From Chiloscyllium plagiosum (lineage: Eukaryota), in contig NC_057718.1 in assembly GCF_004010195.1 (NCBI RefSeq), positions 102,160,079-102,224,078 of the forward strand: a stretch of DNA of 64,000 nt, read 5' to 3'. Shown here piece after piece: positions 60,334 through 64,000 of the stretch. The first letter of the stretch is position 1, and the number at the start of each line of letters is the position of its first letter. Made by a program: the position numbers and the translations under genes. The notes beneath the pieces are model-generated. The model searched no databases, was not told the origin of the DNA, and saw only the letters and a list, made by a program, of their open reading frames with translations.

Positions 60334-60950
60334 AGCTTAAAAATGTGTTGCTGGAAAAGCGCAGCAGGTCAGGCAGCATCAAAGGAGCGGGAAAATCGAC
60401 ATTTCGGGCATAAGCCCTTCTTCAGGAATGAGGAGGGTGTGCCAAGCAGGCTAAGATAAAAGGTAGGGAGGAGGGACTTGGGGAGGGGCATTGGGAATGC
60501 GATAGGTGGAAGGAGGTTAGGGTGAGGGTGATAGGCCAGAGAGGAGGTGGGGCGGAGAGGTCGGAAAGAAGATTGCAGGTCAAGAAGGTGGTGCTGAGTC
60601 TGAGGTTTGGGATTGAGAAAAGGTGGGGGATGGGGAAATGAGGAAGCTAGAGAAATCAGCATTCATCCCTTGTTGTTGGAGAGTTCCTAGGTGGAAGATG
60701 AGGCGTTCTTCCTCCAGGCGTCGTGTTGCCATGGTCTGGCAATGGAGGAGGCCAAGGAACTGCATGTCCTTGGTGGAGTGGGAGGGGGAGTTAAAGTGTT
60801 CAGCCACGGGGTGGTTGGGTTGGTTGGTGCGGGTGTCCCAGAGGTGTTCTCTGAAGCATTCCGCAAGTAGGCGGCCTGTCTCCCCAATGTAGAGGAGGCC
60901 ACATCGGGTGCAGCGGATGCAGTAAGTGATGTGTGTGGAGGTGCAGGTGA
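60334..60950 (-). mobile_element. Penelope-like element 3' fragment (GIY-YIG C-terminus plus hammerhead pLTR), 12-bp TSD
   Basis: AEHFNSPSHS...RRLEEERLIFHLGTL; TSD ATCCCTAATCAG at 60322-60333 and 60951-60962; core CUGAAGA...GAAAUGUC at 60398-60425. Confidence 0.92.
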
Positions 60951-61432
60951 ATCCCTAATCAGTCCTTGCCTTTCCAAATACCATGGACATCCTATCCCTC
61001 AGGATTCCCTCCAACAACTTGCCCACCACTGACATCAGGCTCATTGGTCTATAGTTCCCTGGCTTGTCTTTATCATTCTTCTTAAATAATGGCACCACGT
61101 TAGCCAACCTCCAGTCTTCTGGCACCTCACCTGTGACTATCGATGATACAAGAATCTCAGCAAGAGGCCCAGCAATCACTTCCCTAGCTGCCCACAGAGT
61201 TCTAGGGTACACCTGATCAGGTCCTGGGGATTTATCCACTTTTATGAGTTTCAAGACATCCAGCACTTCCTCCTCTATAATATGGACATGTTCCAAGATG
61301 TCACCATCTATTTCCCTACATTCTATATATTACATGTCCTTTTCCACAGTAAATATTAATGCAATATATCACTTAGTAACTTCCCCATCTCCTGCCGCTC
61401 CACACAAAGGCCGCCTTGCTGATCTTTGAGGG

Positions 61433-61578
61433 GAGTCAAGATTAGAGTGGTGCTGCAAAAGCACAGCAGGTCAGGCAGCATCCAAGAAGCAGGAAAATCA
61501 ACATTTCAGGCAAAAGCCTGGTGAAGGACTCTAATCTTAACTCTAATCTCCAGCATCTGCAGTACCCACTTTTGCCTG
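61433..61578. mobile_element. Penelope-like mini-insertion, inverted arms
   Basis: Degenerate TSD TGATCTTTRAGGG at 61420 and 61581. Confidence 0.75.
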
Positions 61579-62857
61579 GTTGATCTTTAAGGGACCCTAT
61601 TCTCTCCCTAGTTACATTTTGTCCTTAATGTATTTGTAAAAACCCTTTGGATTCTCCTTAACTCTATTTGCCAAAACTATCTCATGTCCCCTTTTTACCC
61701 TCCTAATTTCTCTCTTAGGTATATTCCTACTGCCTTTATACTCTTCTAAGGATTCATTCGCTCTATCTATACCTTACATATGCTTCCTTCTTTTTCTTAA
61801 CCAAACCCTCAATTTTGTTAGTCATCCAGCATTCCCTATACTTACCAGCCTTCCCTTTCACCCTAACAAGAATATACTTTCTCTGCACTCTCGTTATCTC
61901 ATTTCTGAAGGCTTCCCATTTTCCAGCCGTCCCTTTACCTGCGAACATCTGCCCCCAATCAGCTTTTGCCTAAAACCATCAAAATTGGCCTTTCTCCAAT
62001 TTAGAACTTCAACTTTTAGATCTGGTCTATCCTTTTCCATCACTATTTTTAGACTAATAGAATTATGGTCGCTGGCCCCAAAGTGCTCCCCCACTGACAC
62101 CTCAGTCACCTCCCCTGCCTTATTTCCCAAGAGTAGGTCAAGTTTTGCACCTTCTCTAGTAGATACATCCACATACTGAATCAGAAAATTTTCTGTACAC
62201 ACTTAACAAATTCCTCTCTGTCTAAACCCTTAACACTATGGCAGTCCACGTGTATGTTTGGAAAGTTAAAATCCCCTGCCATAACCCCCCTATTATTCCT
62301 ACAGACAGCTGAGATCTCCTTACAAGTTTGTTTCTCAATTTCTCTCTGACTATTAGGGGGTCTATAATACAATCCCAATAAGGTGATCGTCCCTTTGTCA
62401 TTTCTCAGTTCCACCCAAATAACTTCCCTGGATGTATTTCTGGGACTATCCTCCCTAAGTACAGCTGTAATGCTGTCCCTTATCAAAAATGCCATTCCTC
62501 CCCCTCTCTTGCCACCCTTTCTGTCCTTCCTGTAGCATTTGTATCCTGGAACATTAAGCTGCCAGTCCTGTCCATCCCTGAGCCATGTTTCTGTAATTGT
62601 TTTGATATCCCAGTTCCATGTTCCTAACCATGCCCTGAGTTCATCTGCCTTCCCTGTTAGACCCCTTGCATTGAAATAATTGCAGTTTAATTATGAGTCC
62701 TACCTTGTTCTCTGCTTTGTCCCTGCCTGCCCTGACTATTTGACTCGTCTTTGTTCTCAACTGTACCAGTCTCAGATTGGTCTCTTTACTCACTATCCAT
62801 GGGTCCCAATGCTCCATCTTACCAGTTTAAATCCTCCAGAGCAGCTCTAGCAAAAGA

Positions 62858-63006
62858 TTGGACCACGGGAGGAAACCGGAGCACCTGGAGCAAACCCGCA
62901 CAGACACGTGGAGAATGTGCAAACCCCACACAGACAGTCACCCGAAGGTGGAATATAACCTGGGTCCCTGGTGCTGTAAGGCAGCAGTGCTAACCAGTGA
63001 GCCACC
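62858..63006 (-). mobile_element. HE1 SINE 5' half
   Basis: TTGGAC..GGGAGGAAACCGGAGCAC V-domain and tRNA head. Confidence 0.85.
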
Positions 63007-63322
63007 TAATGAGGATGAATTATTTCTTTTGGAACAATTAATTCACTTGGCAGTTGAATGAAGCCATAAATACCAGAATAAAATTGAATTTGAGTCAGTC
63101 TTTATTGAATGGACTGATCTTCACTGGATTGCTAAAGTTGCTAAAATTGTCCTTCCCTTCAGCACCTCTAAGGGAGAGACCCTAATTCTTGGTTTGGCTA
63201 CCTCCAGGTCTGACTATTCCTGCTTGCTCCTAACCAGCCTGCCATCCAGCACCCTCTGATTCATCAACATCTTTTGCTGCTCCTTATCCTGATTCATGGC
63301 AAACTCCACTCATCCATCATAC

Positions 63323-63497
63323 GCTGTTCTCAAAGATCTCAACTCCTCCAAAGAGCTGTGTTCCCTGACGGAGTGCCACGCTGTTCCTCCTCCTTCCTGA
63401 GATGTGACAGCTGTGACACTTATGACTGCGAGGCGTTTGTCACCCATCCTTCAAAATGGTGACCACTGGTCCATCGAGCTGCTTTGAGTTCAAACGC
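63323..63497 (-). other. Weak candidate exon, possibly containing a start codon (ATG at 63447)
   Basis: Very strong acceptor cctcctttcctttcctcttcctcag; aggATGG context; open to donor AGC/gtatga. Confidence 0.25.
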
Positions 63498-64000
63498 CTG
63501 AGGAAGAGGAAAGGAAAGGAGGCAAATCCTACTCTCTGGCTCCCTCTGTCGACCAGGATGACCTGACCCACATGCCCAAAGAGCTGCAGGTGGAGGCCAT
63601 GTGATCCTGCCACCCCTAGTCAATATCAACCTCAAATTGAGGACTAGCCAGCACCTTCCAGATCAAAGCAATCCCCTGCATTAAAGAATTTTATAAGGTG
63701 CAGGCGGGAGAATGGTAAGAAGTGGGTTGCTCAGTTGGACAGCTGGTGTAGACCCAATGGGCCAAATGTCCTCCTCCTGAGCTCTAACGATTCTGTGCCA
63801 TCCAGAAGAAGGCAGTTATATACAGGATAGACAGATGGCTAATCAGGAAGGGAATCAAGGGTTAGAGGGAAAAGACAGGGAAGTGCAGTTGAGGATTATC
63901 CAATCTTCTTGAATGGCAGAGCAGATATAATGGACCAGATTTTTTTTTGTTAATTCACTCATGGGTTGTGGACGTTACTGGCTGGCCAGTGTTTATCGTC

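Larger units (their letters stand above)
59047..62857 (-). mobile_element. CR1 LINE with near-complete degenerate ORF2 (APE + RT)
   Basis: YYRPPNS, GDFNFPNI, LDLLLGN, SDHNSI, KSPGPDQVYPR, NYRPMSL, SGVPQRSVLGP, KFADDTKIGG; CATAGAGT tail. Confidence 0.95.

Overview
Vertebrate nuclear DNA, almost certainly an elasmobranch (shark/ray) because of its many HE1-type V-SINEs. Most of the window is intronic or intergenic and dominated by retroelements: CR1-clade LINEs, a 5'-truncated Tx1/L1-clade LINE, Rex1/Babar fragments, Penelope-like elements (PLEs), HE1 SINEs, Deu-domain SINEs and a probable solo LTR. It also holds several minisatellites, including a ~5.5 kb G-rich 34/40-bp array, and four N-gaps. 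No intact single-exon gene is present; almost all long ORFs come from TEs, tandem repeats or gaps. Several short exons with canonical splice sites suggest an unidentified multi-exon gene on the minus strand. The most interesting signals: (1) minimal hammerhead-ribozyme cores in three PLE families with covarying stems; (2) TSD-flanked palindromic PLE mini-insertions whose two arms consistently differ by a ~33-35 nt tail; (3) twin-priming-like 5' inversions in a CR1 and a PLE; (4) a degenerate 44-bp array with a conserved YY1-like core; (5) higher-order structure in the G-rich satellite, which abuts a Rex1-like 3' tail. TE boundaries are approximate and family names come from motif recognition, not database searches. 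I found no clearly novel protein-coding system.
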